A stretch of DNA of 64,000 nt from NCBI GenBank assembly GCA_963835575.1, contig CAWIGG010000004.1, positions 32,001 to 96,000 on the forward strand, given 5' to 3'. The notes beneath the pieces are model-generated. The model was not told the origin of the DNA, did not search any database, and saw only the letters and a list, made by a program, of their open reading frames with translations. Of the stretch, positions 19,646 to 29,283 are shown in pieces. Made by a program: the position numbers and the translations under genes. The stretch is from an uncultured Spirochaetota bacterium. Its GTDB lineage: Bacteria > Spirochaetota > Brevinematia > Brevinematales > JAOACQ01. Numbering within the stretch: the stretch's first letter is position 1; each line of letters opens with the position of its first letter.

Positions 19646-19692
19646 ACTACATTCGTAGTGTATAATATACTACAAGCGTAGTATTATGTCAA
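19646..19692 (-). promoter_or_regulatory. Sigma70 promoter of the htrA-family gene overlapped by two ACTAC-N4-GTAGT palindromic operators
   Basis: Minus-strand TTGACA-17 bp-TATATT; ACTACATTCGTAGT (19646-19659) and ATACTACAAGCGTAGTAT (19667-19684). Confidence 0.7.
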
Positions 19693-19721
19693 TAGTTTTT
19701 AAAAATATTTTAAAAAAAAAA

Positions 19722-20345
19722 TCACTTATCTGGAATTGAAGCGAGAATTTGACGGTTCTTATTAATACGCTCAAAGAGATTATTGACTACTTTATAATAA
19801 TCCAGAGACCCGGATTTAATCCTGTAAAGTTCATCTTCCATATGCGGCAAATCGGGTTTTAACGATTTTATATTATCAGCAGCATCCGCGAAACCCACCG
19901 CCTGATCCCAATAGTTCCTGGCATGCTTGAAATAATACTCCGCTATATCATACCCGTCAAGATAATCTTTTTTATATTCAGCATTATAGAAATAGATATG
20001 CTCTTTCATATAGAGATAACCGTAATCGATATAACCTTTTGTCAGGAGAGTACAGATGTGCATCATCAGCAGATTTTTATAACGCTCATACTGAATTTCA
20101 TCCGTAATAGGCGCCAGGGCTTTTATCGGGTGATCAAACGGGACTACATACGCCATTTCAAGAAAGTAAATATTCCTGCTGATGGAATCCTCGTCGGCAT
20201 AAAGCCATTCATTATAAAGACGGAAAAAATCCTCCTTATAATGGATCTTCTCATGTATCGGTTTAAAGCCGAATTCTTTCAGATCAGCATATGATTGAGT
20301 AAAACAAAGAAAAATTATTAATAAAAAAAAGTTGTTTTTAAACAT
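19722..20345 (-). CDS. Hypothetical exported protein
   Basis: ORF with signal peptide ending SYA-D. Confidence 0.7.
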   Translation of the reverse strand: MFKNNFFLLIIFLCFTQSYADLKEFGFKPIHEKIHYKEDFFRLYNEWLYADEDSISRNIYFLEMAYVVPFDHPIKALAPITDEIQYERYKNLLMMHICTLLTKGYIDYGYLYMKEHIYFYNAEYKKDYLDGYDIAEYYFKHARNYWDQAVGFADAADNIKSLKPDLPHMEDELYRIKSGSLDYYKVVNNLFERINKNRQILASIPDK

Positions 20346-20410
20346 TAAGAAACCTTCCCGAATCTCCTATCTATTAAATCGGCAAAATACGGGAAAGATT
20401 GAGCCGCCTC

Positions 20411-21880
20411 TCAATAAGCTCCTTCTTTTTTCAAGACAACAGCTACCGCTTTGAACATTATAATGATATCAAGCCAGAGAGACCAGTTCTGGACATACCA
20501 GACATCGGTCTGCACTCTAAACTGATAATCCGTGTCGCTGCGGCCGCTCACCTGCCAGAGCCCGGCAAGACCGGGATAAACAGAATAATAGTACTGCTTG
20601 AACGTACCGTAGTATTTTTCAATCTCTTCCCTGACCACAGGCCGCGGCCCCACAAGGCTCATTTCGCCGCGGAGAATATTAATGATCTGGGGGAATTCAT
20701 CTATACTTGTCCGCCGCAGGAAACGCCCGATCGGTGTGCGGCGCGGGTCGTCCTTAAGTTTAAAGCTGTTATCCCATTCTTTTTGGGCTTTCGGATTCTT
20801 TTGAAGAATTTTTTTAAGCCTTTTCTCGGCATCCATATACATGGTCCTGAATTTATAGATCTGAAATTCCCTTCCGTTTTTCCCGATTCTTTTCTGAGTA
20901 TAGAGCACCGGTCCTCTGGAGGTTAATTTTATGAGAAGCGCTATAATCAGTAAAAAAGCCAGAATAATAATAAAGATAATGCCGGCCACAACAAAATCAA
21001 AAATCCTTTTTACCACAATATTCGGCGTTGAATTCAGATTATTATTAATCTTGATCATGAAGAGCTTTTCCATAAAAAGATAATGAAGTTCAGAATTGAA
21101 TATCGCCACTCCTTTAATATCCGGTATTATAACAACCCTTTTAACATGTTTGTAAATTTCATTCACAAGCCCCGTCAATACTTCCTGATCAGAAGCAGGA
21201 TTTGCAATAAACACGGTCTCAATCCTGAGCAGATTGACAAATTTCTTTATATTTCTGATACCCCTGTAAATTTTATAAATATGTCCGTTCACCGTCAGAG
21301 ATCCTTCACGCTTTTTTGAATCATCCAGCAGGCCTATGACATCGTACCCCAGATGCTCTTCATTGGACAGTCCTTTAACTGTAATGACGGCGCTTTCTCC
21401 TGATCCAATGATGAGGACCGATTCTTTCCATATTCCGATTTTATATAACAGCTTCTTGCCCCAGTACCGGACAAAAGGCAGGATCAATACCATATAAAGC
21501 CAGAGATAGAAAAAAACAGACTTGGAAACACTGCCGTACATATTCCTGATAGCGATTGTCACAAAAATGAAAACAATGGCGATTGATACCGATTTAAATA
21601 TTACTCGTGATTCTTCCCAGAACGGATAGCGCACCATATACAGTTTTTCTATCTGCAGAATAAAAATATAAGCGATGGGAATCCAGGGAATGGAAGCAAG
21701 ATAATTAAACGTATATGTGAAAGTTGAAAAATTTTCCCTGCTGAATATATAGGTGAAATTAAAAAGCAGCGTAAAGTTCAGCTGGCTGAACACGGCAAAA
21801 AGCAATGCAATATAATAAGCTATAATATCAATACATATCAGTGAAAATAACTGCACAACTGATTTTAACCGGACTTTCAT
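20411..21880 (-). CDS. Undecaprenyl-phosphate hexose-1-phosphate transferase (WbaP/WcaJ family)
   Basis: N-terminal TM helices, KRIFD, YKFRTM, DDPR, SIDEFPQ, MSLVGPRP, GLWQVSGRS. Confidence 0.93.
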   Translation of the reverse strand: MKVRLKSVVQLFSLICIDIIAYYIALLFAVFSQLNFTLLFNFTYIFSRENFSTFTYTFNYLASIPWIPIAYIFILQIEKLYMVRYPFWEESRVIFKSVSIAIVFIFVTIAIRNMYGSVSKSVFFYLWLYMVLILPFVRYWGKKLLYKIGIWKESVLIIGSGESAVITVKGLSNEEHLGYDVIGLLDDSKKREGSLTVNGHIYKIYRGIRNIKKFVNLLRIETVFIANPASDQEVLTGLVNEIYKHVKRVVIIPDIKGVAIFNSELHYLFMEKLFMIKINNNLNSTPNIVVKRIFDFVVAGIIFIIILAFLLIIALLIKLTSRGPVLYTQKRIGKNGREFQIYKFRTMYMDAEKRLKKILQKNPKAQKEWDNSFKLKDDPRRTPIGRFLRRTSIDEFPQIINILRGEMSLVGPRPVVREEIEKYYGTFKQYYYSVYPGLAGLWQVSGRSDTDYQFRVQTDVWYVQNWSLWLDIIIMFKAVAVVLKKEGAY

Positions 21881-21993
21881 TCCAATCCCTTTTTTATTTT
21901 TTTAAGGACATATTATATATTATTTTTTTAATAAAACCAAGAATCCCCTGCCTGCATAGGCACATTATATGTGAAATGCCTCATGTTAAAGTT

Positions 21994-22029
21994 AAAAAAA
22001 TAGGACTGCCTCAGCAGTCCTATTTTTTT
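21994..22029. terminator. Bidirectional intrinsic terminator
   Basis: A7-TAGGACTGC-loop-GCAGTCCTA-T7. Confidence 0.8.
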
Positions 22030-22040
22030 ATTAAATTATT

Positions 22041-22709
22041 CTATTCTTCAGCCGGCAGATCCTCGCTCTTATTGATACTGTCTAACACTTTGTCGGCTTT
22101 ATCTTTTAATTCAGGCGGAACTTTCTTTTGCTGAGGTTCCCAGGATTGCTTTAAGGCTTTCTGGTAAGTTTCATAATCCATAGCAAACCTCATGACATAG
22201 CGGTAGTAAGTTTTGGATATACCGCCCTGCACTTCCTGAATATATTCCCAGTAATCAGCCACATTAACAGCCCCGCTGATATTGACATTCTTCGAGACGG
22301 CGGCAATTGTTTCTTCAAAATAAGCATCCAGCTCTGTATCATCATTGAGCATCCCGCTTTTAGCGACAGCAAATTCCCTGGTCGCTATCTGTTTGATCAA
22401 TTCAGTTAAGCGCGCGATTTTCTGCGATTCAGCATCGATCCTGGCTTTTTCCTTGGTGTTTTTCTGACCTTCTACAGCCAGGAAAATAACCTTTCTGCCA
22501 ATTTCATCCTTTCCTAATTCCCATCTCTTGTTAATCCAGACAGGGGTCGGATCTTCGCTCTTCTGCAGAACATAAATCTGAATCTTAGGAGCTGTAGTAT
22601 CATCAGTCTTAGTCTGGGTTTGAGGTTCAACATCCGGTTTCTTAGGGCCGCATGAGACAAATAAAACCGCTATTAAAACCGCCCCTAATAGTAATCCAAG
22701 TTTCTTCAT
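22041..22709 (-). CDS. Lipoprotein (LPP20-like)
   Basis: GGAGG SD, lipobox FVSC, P.W motif and YWE typical of spirochaetal LPP20-like proteins. Confidence 0.65.
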   Translation of the reverse strand: MKKLGLLLGAVLIAVLFVSCGPKKPDVEPQTQTKTDDTTAPKIQIYVLQKSEDPTPVWINKRWELGKDEIGRKVIFLAVEGQKNTKEKARIDAESQKIARLTELIKQIATREFAVAKSGMLNDDTELDAYFEETIAAVSKNVNISGAVNVADYWEYIQEVQGGISKTYYRYVMRFAMDYETYQKALKQSWEPQQKKVPPELKDKADKVLDSINKSEDLPAEE

Positions 22710-22745
22710 AACTATTCCTCCTTCGTTTTTATATATCATTATAAC

Positions 22746-24077
22746 TTATTCCAGTGTAAATGTTAATTCATTTCCCCTAATTTCTTTTAAATCAAATTTT
22801 TCAAATCCCGGTTTGTCCGACAATGCCTCAAAAAGCCTGTCCACAGCGTCTGTGGGACTGCCTTTATACTGCAGATTATAATCGTAAACCATATCTTCCT
22901 TTGATCCTGATTTTAGACTGATATCAACAACACCGTCTATCTTTTTGACAGCCGTAGAAAACTTACTGGCGTCTTTGTAAGATTTTACTCCTGTAAGCCT
23001 TACAAAATAAAATCTACCATTATTGACATAATTTTTCAAGCTCAGCACAAGATCGTCTTTAATTTTTTTTGACGCTTCGCGCATACTTGTCTTAATCGAA
23101 GCCGCAAGGGAAGCCGATTCATACTGCTGTCCACCTTTTTCAATAGTGGCAATTAGAGCGCCTGTCGTCCGGACAAAGACTTTTAAATTAATGATCGCGT
23201 GCGCTCTATTCCCCTGATAAGTAACCGACGGTGTAACCTCGGCGTAAAGTTCCGCAAATACTTTCTGGGCTAAAAGAAGACCCACTCCCACGCTTCCGCT
23301 GCCGGCTTCATGTAAAAGCGTTCTTTCATTAGCCAGCTTTTCAACTGTTTCCAGGTCAAATGTCTTAATATTCAGAGAAGAAAGCTCCCGGTTCAGATTA
23401 TCGACAGACCATTTAGCGTAATTTTCCTGATCGGGATCGGCTTTAATGCCGGGATCCTGCGGATTGTAATATACCAGAAAAGTCAGCGAAGATATATCAA
23501 CACCGCTGAGATCAATATTTGATGCAGATGATTGAGATTCCTGAGGATTATTAACTGTGGCTATTGTAGTTGTTGCGGCTGAAGATGCCGCTGCTGTTTC
23601 TTTCATACCCAGAGCATCAAGATCTGATTTAAGCTTTTTAATATTTACATAAGCCTGCAGTCTTAAAACCAGATTGCCGTTAGAATCCCTAGAATTGAAA
23701 ATCCATCTCTTCTGTTTTTCCGGCAGGGTTTTTTCCACTTCGCCCAGTATATATCTCCTCGCAACAGGATAGGGTAAAAAAGCCTTTTCAATGTCCGCCT
23801 TGTTTTGATTATACTTCTGTTCCCCCAGTAGATACAGCGACGCTTTTCTGATCACATCCGCATAAGCATTATTCCGCGCATCCCCGAAATCATCGGCCAT
23901 ACCTTCGCCGATAAAATCCTTGTCATCAGGCAATGTATTCTGGACAATCAATTGAGTATTATTTTCATTATCCAGATCCGGCCTGACAGCGGTTTTATTA
24001 CCGGTTGAAGTACAGGCGGTATTAATAATAAACAAAAGCATTATTGCTATAATACCCGGATGCACTATTCTATACAT
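22746..24077 (-). CDS. Hypothetical lipoprotein (FlgT-N/DUF6175-like architecture possible)
   Basis: Lipobox NTAC; GEG...ARNNA motif; Ala/Ser/Thr linker. Confidence 0.6.
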   Translation of the reverse strand: MYRIVHPGIIAIMLLFIINTACTSTGNKTAVRPDLDNENNTQLIVQNTLPDDKDFIGEGMADDFGDARNNAYADVIRKASLYLLGEQKYNQNKADIEKAFLPYPVARRYILGEVEKTLPEKQKRWIFNSRDSNGNLVLRLQAYVNIKKLKSDLDALGMKETAAASSAATTTIATVNNPQESQSSASNIDLSGVDISSLTFLVYYNPQDPGIKADPDQENYAKWSVDNLNRELSSLNIKTFDLETVEKLANERTLLHEAGSGSVGVGLLLAQKVFAELYAEVTPSVTYQGNRAHAIINLKVFVRTTGALIATIEKGGQQYESASLAASIKTSMREASKKIKDDLVLSLKNYVNNGRFYFVRLTGVKSYKDASKFSTAVKKIDGVVDISLKSGSKEDMVYDYNLQYKGSPTDAVDRLFEALSDKPGFEKFDLKEIRGNELTFTLE

Positions 24078-24142
24078 AAAAAGCCCCTTTTCATTATTTT
24101 AATAATAGTATCACTCTTTGTTATAATTTTCAAGAAATAATA

Positions 24143-24655
24143 TCAGCTATTTCTCTTTTTAAATAAAGGCCTGATCAGGATAATCACACCTAAACCGATA
24201 AAGAATACGGCTATCAGTACGCTTGATTTATATATTCCTCCGAAGAATAAAACAGCCAGAACAGTCAGGACAAAAACAGGGATGAGGAGTCCTGAGTTTC
24301 TTGTGGCCAGATACAGGCAAAAAAGCCCGAAAGCGGGCGCGAGCATATAATGAGGCCATGTTGCGTCGGAATTGGACCAGGAGGTGAAATTAAGCCATAA
24401 AAAATATACTGTCAGATAGAGTAATATGCCTCCGGGAACAAGAACGCCTACAGCCTCCTTTTTTTTCTCCAGAAGGAGCTGTGCGAAAATTAAAACCGGG
24501 ATCAGCATAAAAAGAGGCCATAATTTTGATAGATTAAATTCCGGAATGAAACTGCCGAACAAAAAGAATATGCCGGCTAAAATAAGTAAAATCCCTATAA
24601 CGGGAAGTCTTAAATTCATATGCTTTCCCTGCAAATCTTTCTCGCCATTGCCCAT
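24143..24655 (-). CDS. Membrane protein (LiaF/DUF5668-like)
   Basis: GILLILAGIFFL...LWPLF repeats; AAGGAGG SD. Confidence 0.7.
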   Translation of the reverse strand: MGNGEKDLQGKHMNLRLPVIGILLILAGIFFLFGSFIPEFNLSKLWPLFMLIPVLIFAQLLLEKKKEAVGVLVPGGILLYLTVYFLWLNFTSWSNSDATWPHYMLAPAFGLFCLYLATRNSGLLIPVFVLTVLAVLFFGGIYKSSVLIAVFFIGLGVIILIRPLFKKRNS

Positions 24656-24749
24656 AAATTTCCTCCTTATTTTGATTAAAGAATTCTATTAATCTTTGAA
24701 AATCAATTAATATGATATGCCCGAAGTAAATATTCAACTGGTGAAAAAA

Positions 24750-25913
24750 TCATCCGTCATAATATTTTTGCATGATAAATTCCGCGATATTTTTCGCTCC
24801 GCCGGCTCCGCCCATATGCGTCTTTCCCATAGCGCCTCTTTTTTTTCTTTCCTCCGAATGGTCTAAAAGATAGAGGATTTCATTTACGGCGTCCTGAGGG
24901 AATTTTTTGGTGATTTTGAGCGCGCCTCCCAAAAGTCTTTCCTGCTCCGCCATTCTGCGGCCTGTCGTTTGAGGCCCGGAACCCGTAAAGCCTATGATGG
25001 GTTTGCCTATTCCGGCGGCCTGTTCATTAGCGGTGCCGGCCAATCCGATTATGATGTCGGACCTGCTCAAAACTTCTGTAAAAAGACCATGGCAGAGAAT
25101 AACTTCGGCAGAGCCTTTTTTGAGGAAAGAGTATTCTTTTTCTTTATTCAATGCCCAGCCGAAAGCAGAAGCTTTATCTGCGATTTTTTTATCAGAGAGT
25201 GTCCCGGCAAGCGCCGCCAGAAAAGACAGGTCTTTTTTTGAAGAAAGAATATCGACAACCTCCAGTATCTTTATGAAATTGTCATAAGCCTCTTCCCGGC
25301 TTCCCGGCAGAATACCGACGGCCGGTTTATTTTTATTAATTTTAAGCTTTAAAGATTTAACATCGAGCTCATCCATCATGGGATTGCCCATAAAAAGGGC
25401 TTTCAACCCCTTTTTCTTAAGGTTTTCGGCGGTGAACGCATCATGGGTCAATAAATAATCGGTATTTCTCCTGATATACCATTCTTCTATTTTATAATGG
25501 GGTTCTATATAGTCCGACTTGGCAGGGGCCAGAAAGACAATGGGACAATTTTTCAGGGCCCGCCGGGTTAGAAAAAGCAGGGACACATCCCCGACAACAA
25601 CACAAAGCTCTATTTCATCACGGTTTTTTTTTATTTGATTAACGAATTTTAACAGAATGGGGGTATGGAATAAATCGGACAGGAAACCTTTGAGGCTTCT
25701 TGTGGGGAAGCCTCCGGAAGGAGGTACATAGGAAGAAAACAGGAGCTCTATGCCTCTTGATGAATAATCCCTGCCTTCACTGATAAGAGAGGCGCCCAGG
25801 ACTTTTTTTGATAGCTTTTTCCCTTCAAGAAGCCGCTTTAATTCCACGGCAATAAGAGCGGCGCTGCGATCCTCCCCGAAGCAATTGCTGACAAAAAGGA
25901 TTTTTTTCTGCAT
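24750..25913 (-). CDS. Lipid-A-disaccharide synthase-related protein (TIGR03492-like GT-B)
   Basis: SN..GED, PSGGF, VGD, AKSDY, GNPMMD, LPGSR, AGTANEQAAGIGKP, GPQ. Confidence 0.85.
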   Translation of the reverse strand: MQKKILFVSNCFGEDRSAALIAVELKRLLEGKKLSKKVLGASLISEGRDYSSRGIELLFSSYVPPSGGFPTRSLKGFLSDLFHTPILLKFVNQIKKNRDEIELCVVVGDVSLLFLTRRALKNCPIVFLAPAKSDYIEPHYKIEEWYIRRNTDYLLTHDAFTAENLKKKGLKALFMGNPMMDELDVKSLKLKINKNKPAVGILPGSREEAYDNFIKILEVVDILSSKKDLSFLAALAGTLSDKKIADKASAFGWALNKEKEYSFLKKGSAEVILCHGLFTEVLSRSDIIIGLAGTANEQAAGIGKPIIGFTGSGPQTTGRRMAEQERLLGGALKITKKFPQDAVNEILYLLDHSEERKKRGAMGKTHMGGAGGAKNIAEFIMQKYYDG

Positions 25914-25914
25914 T

Positions 25915-26667
25915 TTATGAGCCGGCGAATTCCTCAAGCACGCTGTCCTCAATGTCGGCATTGGTCGCTACATTCTGGACATCATCATGATTTTCAAGCT
26001 CATCCATCAGCTTGAGAAGCGACATGGATTTGTCTTTTTCAAGCTTCATCGGATTCTGGGGAAGTCTCGCAATCTCTGAAGAAATGATGGCGACATTTTT
26101 ATTTTTCAAGCCCTGCAGGACCTGGCTGTAATTTTCAACGCTTGTCAATACTTCAATAACATCATCATTCTTTTTTATATCATCGGCTCCCAATTCCAGG
26201 GCTATTTCCATTATTTCATCCTCAGTATGCTTCGTGCCATCAACGCCTATATAACCTTTTCTATCAAACATCCAGCCCACGCATCCCGCTTCACCCAGGT
26301 TTCCATTATGCTTGGAAAAAATCTTTCTGATTTCAGCCGCCGTTCTATTTTTACTATCGGTTGTAATATCCATAATCACGGCGACTCCGCCCGGGCCGTA
26401 GCCTTCGTATACTAATTCCTCATAGATCACGCCTTCAATTTCGCCTGTGCCTCTTTTTATTGCTTTATCTATATTATCCTTGGGCATATTGGCTTCTTTG
26501 GCCTTATCGATCGCTGTTCGCAGGCGGGCATTAGTATCGGGATTGCCGCCGCCGTATCTCGCCGAAATAATAACCTCTTTGACTATTTTAGAAAAAAGAT
26601 TGCTTCTTTTCGCGTCCTGGGCGCCTTTTCTCTGCTTAATATTGGCCCATTTATTATGACCTGACAT
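25915..26667 (-). CDS. yebC: YebC/PmpR family protein
   Basis: MSGHNKWANIK, YEGYGPGG, NRTAAEIR, DDVQNV. Confidence 0.95.
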   Translation of the reverse strand: MSGHNKWANIKQRKGAQDAKRSNLFSKIVKEVIISARYGGGNPDTNARLRTAIDKAKEANMPKDNIDKAIKRGTGEIEGVIYEELVYEGYGPGGVAVIMDITTDSKNRTAAEIRKIFSKHNGNLGEAGCVGWMFDRKGYIGVDGTKHTEDEIMEIALELGADDIKKNDDVIEVLTSVENYSQVLQGLKNKNVAIISSEIARLPQNPMKLEKDKSMSLLKLMDELENHDDVQNVATNADIEDSVLEEFAGS

Positions 26668-26758
26668 GGCTACCTCCAACTTTTAAGGTGAAAGATTTTA
26701 TCATATAATTGAATTAAATTCAAGTATTGGAATGAATAGTGCTTCTGTCAGCTAATAA

Positions 26759-26787
26759 TTGAAAAATTGTATTTCCCGGATTATAAT
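26759..26787 (+). promoter_or_regulatory. Sigma70-type promoter
   Basis: TTGAAA-17 bp-TATAAT. Confidence 0.55.
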
Positions 26788-26869
26788 TAATATGGGTTAT
26801 TAATGGAATTTAATAATTAAAACATTAAGGCAGAGGGTTATTTCATTAAATAATACAAAGGAGACATCC

Positions 26870-27826
26870 TTGGCAAAACGGAAAATAAGCCCTTTCCAAT
26901 ATTTCCTTTATATTCTGGAATATATCGTTGTGGTACCGCTCGGTTTTTTCCTGAGGCTTCTGCCCAGGAATGCCGCTTATTTTATAGGCGACATGATCGC
27001 CAGGCTTGTATTTGCACTGGAACGGCATTATAAAAGTAAGGGTTACGCAAGTCTTGATATTATTTTTAAAGATAAACCTCTTTCAGTTCATGAAAAAGAA
27101 GAAATTATGAAAAAATTATACCGCAATATTGTCCGTTACGGCATTGAATATCTGAAATTAGGCCGGGTCACGGATAAAAATTACAAGAAATATGTTACCC
27201 TTGAAGGCCTTGAGAATATTGATAAGGCGCTGGCCCTCGGAAAAGGCCTGCTGTTCGTCACGGCGCATTTCGGAAACTGGGAATATCTCGGCAGTGTCCC
27301 GGCGAAACTCGGTAAAATCGGCGCCGTAATTATCAACCGCCAGTTCAATCCTTTTACCGATGTCTGGATTAAAAACATCCGTGAGAAAAAGGGCAAAGTC
27401 AAATGCTTTTACAATGAAGTGGGCGATATTAAACAAATCATTGATTTTCTCAAAAAAGGGGGGATTGTCGGGTTCGCTGTTGATCAGACCTATTATTTCA
27501 AACCGATTTTCGTTCCGTTTTTCAACTTACAGTCTGCCACCGCAAACGGCCCCGCCCGTTTCCACCTGAAGTACGGCGCTCCTATTATGATGGCATTCAG
27601 CATCAGACAGCCCGACGGCAAATACCTCCTCAAATATGAAGAGGCCGTTTCTTTTCCCGATACAGGGAATTTTGATGAAGACTGTAAAACGATCATGACA
27701 TGGATCAATAAGCGCTATGAGGAATATATCATTAAATATCCCGACCAGTGGTTCTCTCTCATCCATGGCCGCTGGGAACGGAACAAACCCGAAGATTTCA
27801 AAGATATTGAATGGAATCCGTATTGA
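26870..27826 (+). CDS. Lipid A biosynthesis acyltransferase (LpxL/HtrB family)
   Basis: TAHFGNWE, DQ, VPFF, YPDQWF..H.RW. Confidence 0.9.
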   Translation: MAKRKISPFQYFLYILEYIVVVPLGFFLRLLPRNAAYFIGDMIARLVFALERHYKSKGYASLDIIFKDKPLSVHEKEEIMKKLYRNIVRYGIEYLKLGRVTDKNYKKYVTLEGLENIDKALALGKGLLFVTAHFGNWEYLGSVPAKLGKIGAVIINRQFNPFTDVWIKNIREKKGKVKCFYNEVGDIKQIIDFLKKGGIVGFAVDQTYYFKPIFVPFFNLQSATANGPARFHLKYGAPIMMAFSIRQPDGKYLLKYEEAVSFPDTGNFDEDCKTIMTWINKRYEEYIIKYPDQWFSLIHGRWERNKPEDFKDIEWNPY

Positions 27827-27841
27827 TAAAATATTGAATAT

Positions 27842-27877
27842 AAGAAAAGCCTCCGGATTAATCCGGAGGCTTTTCTT
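27842..27877. terminator. Bidirectional intrinsic terminator between convergent genes
   Basis: AAGAAAAGCCTCCGGAT/ATCCGGAGGCTTTTCTT. Confidence 0.85.
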
Positions 27878-27890
27878 TATTAGTAATAAT

Positions 27891-28904
27891 TTACTTGGTA
27901 GGTGTCAACTCAGCTTCAGGTGCAATAGCGTCCACTATGAGTGTGATGCTGACTTCGTCGCTTGCGTTCCCGACTAAGTCAAAAGCTTTCGCTTTGATCG
28001 TATGAGTACCGCCCTTGAGTTTAATCGGGCTCTGGTAATCTATAGCCTGGCCGTCATCAATTGTATAAGTCACATTGGCAACAGCTGTTTCAGCATCCGT
28101 GGCTTTGATCTTAATCTGAGCCGAGCTGGAGATATATTTATTGCCGTTTGTTTCATAAATAGAATCAACAGAGAATTCAAGCTTCGGCGCATTCAGATCC
28201 ATAAAAAACACATAGGTCTGGTCCTGACTCGCGTTGCCGACATTATCTGTCGCCTTATATGTGATCTTATGGAGACCATTCGCAATGACAGGGGCAAAAG
28301 GCTTTGAATAAACAGCGGCAGCCGCATCATCCAGCTTATACTCGATAGACTTTACTCCCGAAAAGTCGTCTTCAGCGTAAATGCCGAAATTAACATTTGA
28401 ACCCACATAAGAAATGTCCTTAATTTTCACTACTTTCTTATCGCTTGAAAGATTCACCTTGGGAGCAGTCTTATCAAGAATAAATTCATAGTATTTAATC
28501 GGAGAAACATTTCCCACATTGTCTTCAACCTTATAAGCGATCATATGCTTCCCGTCTGTAAAAAACGCCAGAGGGTTCTCATACACCCCGAACTGGGAAT
28601 CATCCACCATCACATAAACCAGTTTTACTCCTGAGCCTTCATCTTTCGCGTCAATTTTAAACTTGATATCAGGAGACACATAATCCATCGATCCGTCATT
28701 ATACACAAGACCTTCCGTCGCGACTACTTCTTTTTCCTCTGTAACCGCATTGGAAGACGTTGTAACATTAGATGAACTCGTAACATTAGATGAAGTCGTC
28801 ACTTTTGACTTATCTCCCTGGTCGGGAGCCGTGGTTTGCTGCGCATAAGCGGAAACAATGCCAACACACAAAAAAACAACTGCCATTAATCTGATTTTAC
28901 TCAT
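27891..28904 (-). CDS. Exported protein with three OmpL47-type/Ig-like repeats
   Basis: Signal peptide; repeated D..SGVK.I.Y..D...Y..P...G.H.I.Y.A.DNVGN units. Confidence 0.8.
   Translation of the reverse strand: MSKIRLMAVVFLCVGIVSAYAQQTTAPDQGDKSKVTTSSNVTSSSNVTTSSNAVTEEKEVVATEGLVYNDGSMDYVSPDIKFKIDAKDEGSGVKLVYVMVDDSQFGVYENPLAFFTDGKHMIAYKVEDNVGNVSPIKYYEFILDKTAPKVNLSSDKKVVKIKDISYVGSNVNFGIYAEDDFSGVKSIEYKLDDAAAAVYSKPFAPVIANGLHKITYKATDNVGNASQDQTYVFFMDLNAPKLEFSVDSIYETNGNKYISSSAQIKIKATDAETAVANVTYTIDDGQAIDYQSPIKLKGGTHTIKAKAFDLVGNASDEVSITLIVDAIAPEAELTPTK
28741..28802 (-). repeat. 18-bp coding tandem repeat (VTTSSN/VTSSSN x3)
   Basis: GTAACATTAGATGAA recurs with an 18-bp period. Confidence 0.75.
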
Positions 28905-29214
28905 ATTATTTCCCTCCTTTTCAAATTCTAATATTTTTCATTCGGGTTTCCCTTAATGGGATTTCCGATATGTATATAATGCGTCTTATCGAAAGGGACC
29001 TTTCTTAGAGTCTTTATCAATAAGACTCTAATAATAGCCAAAAGATAGTAGCATAATTTTAAAAAAAATACAACTCTTAATTTCTTTTTTTATCCTTAAT
29101 ACATTAAATAAAATATAGTTTAAGATTGAAGTTTCGGGAAGTAAATTTATAAAAAAAATTTAAGGGCCTTCTAATAAACCGGTAGAATACTTGAATATCA
29201 AGAACATCTTTATC

Positions 29215-29270
29215 CCGGTTCCAAAAACTTAGGCTGGTTCGATAAACTCGTCACAAGTTTTGGGGCGCCT
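29215..29270. repeat. Dispersed REP/MITE-like element, related to 49530-49569 in inverted orientation
   Basis: GGCTGGTTCGATAAACTCGTCACAAGTTTT matches the reverse complement GGTTGATTCGAAAAACTCGCCACAAGTTTT at ~49540-49569. Confidence 0.6.
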
Positions 29271-29283
29271 TTCTGAAACATTT

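Noticed and set aside
28960..29010. c-di-GMP-I riboswitch (GAAA...GGGAC / GACGCA fragments)
   Set aside because: The fragments lie on opposite strands and the GCAAAC/GCAAAGC architecture is missing
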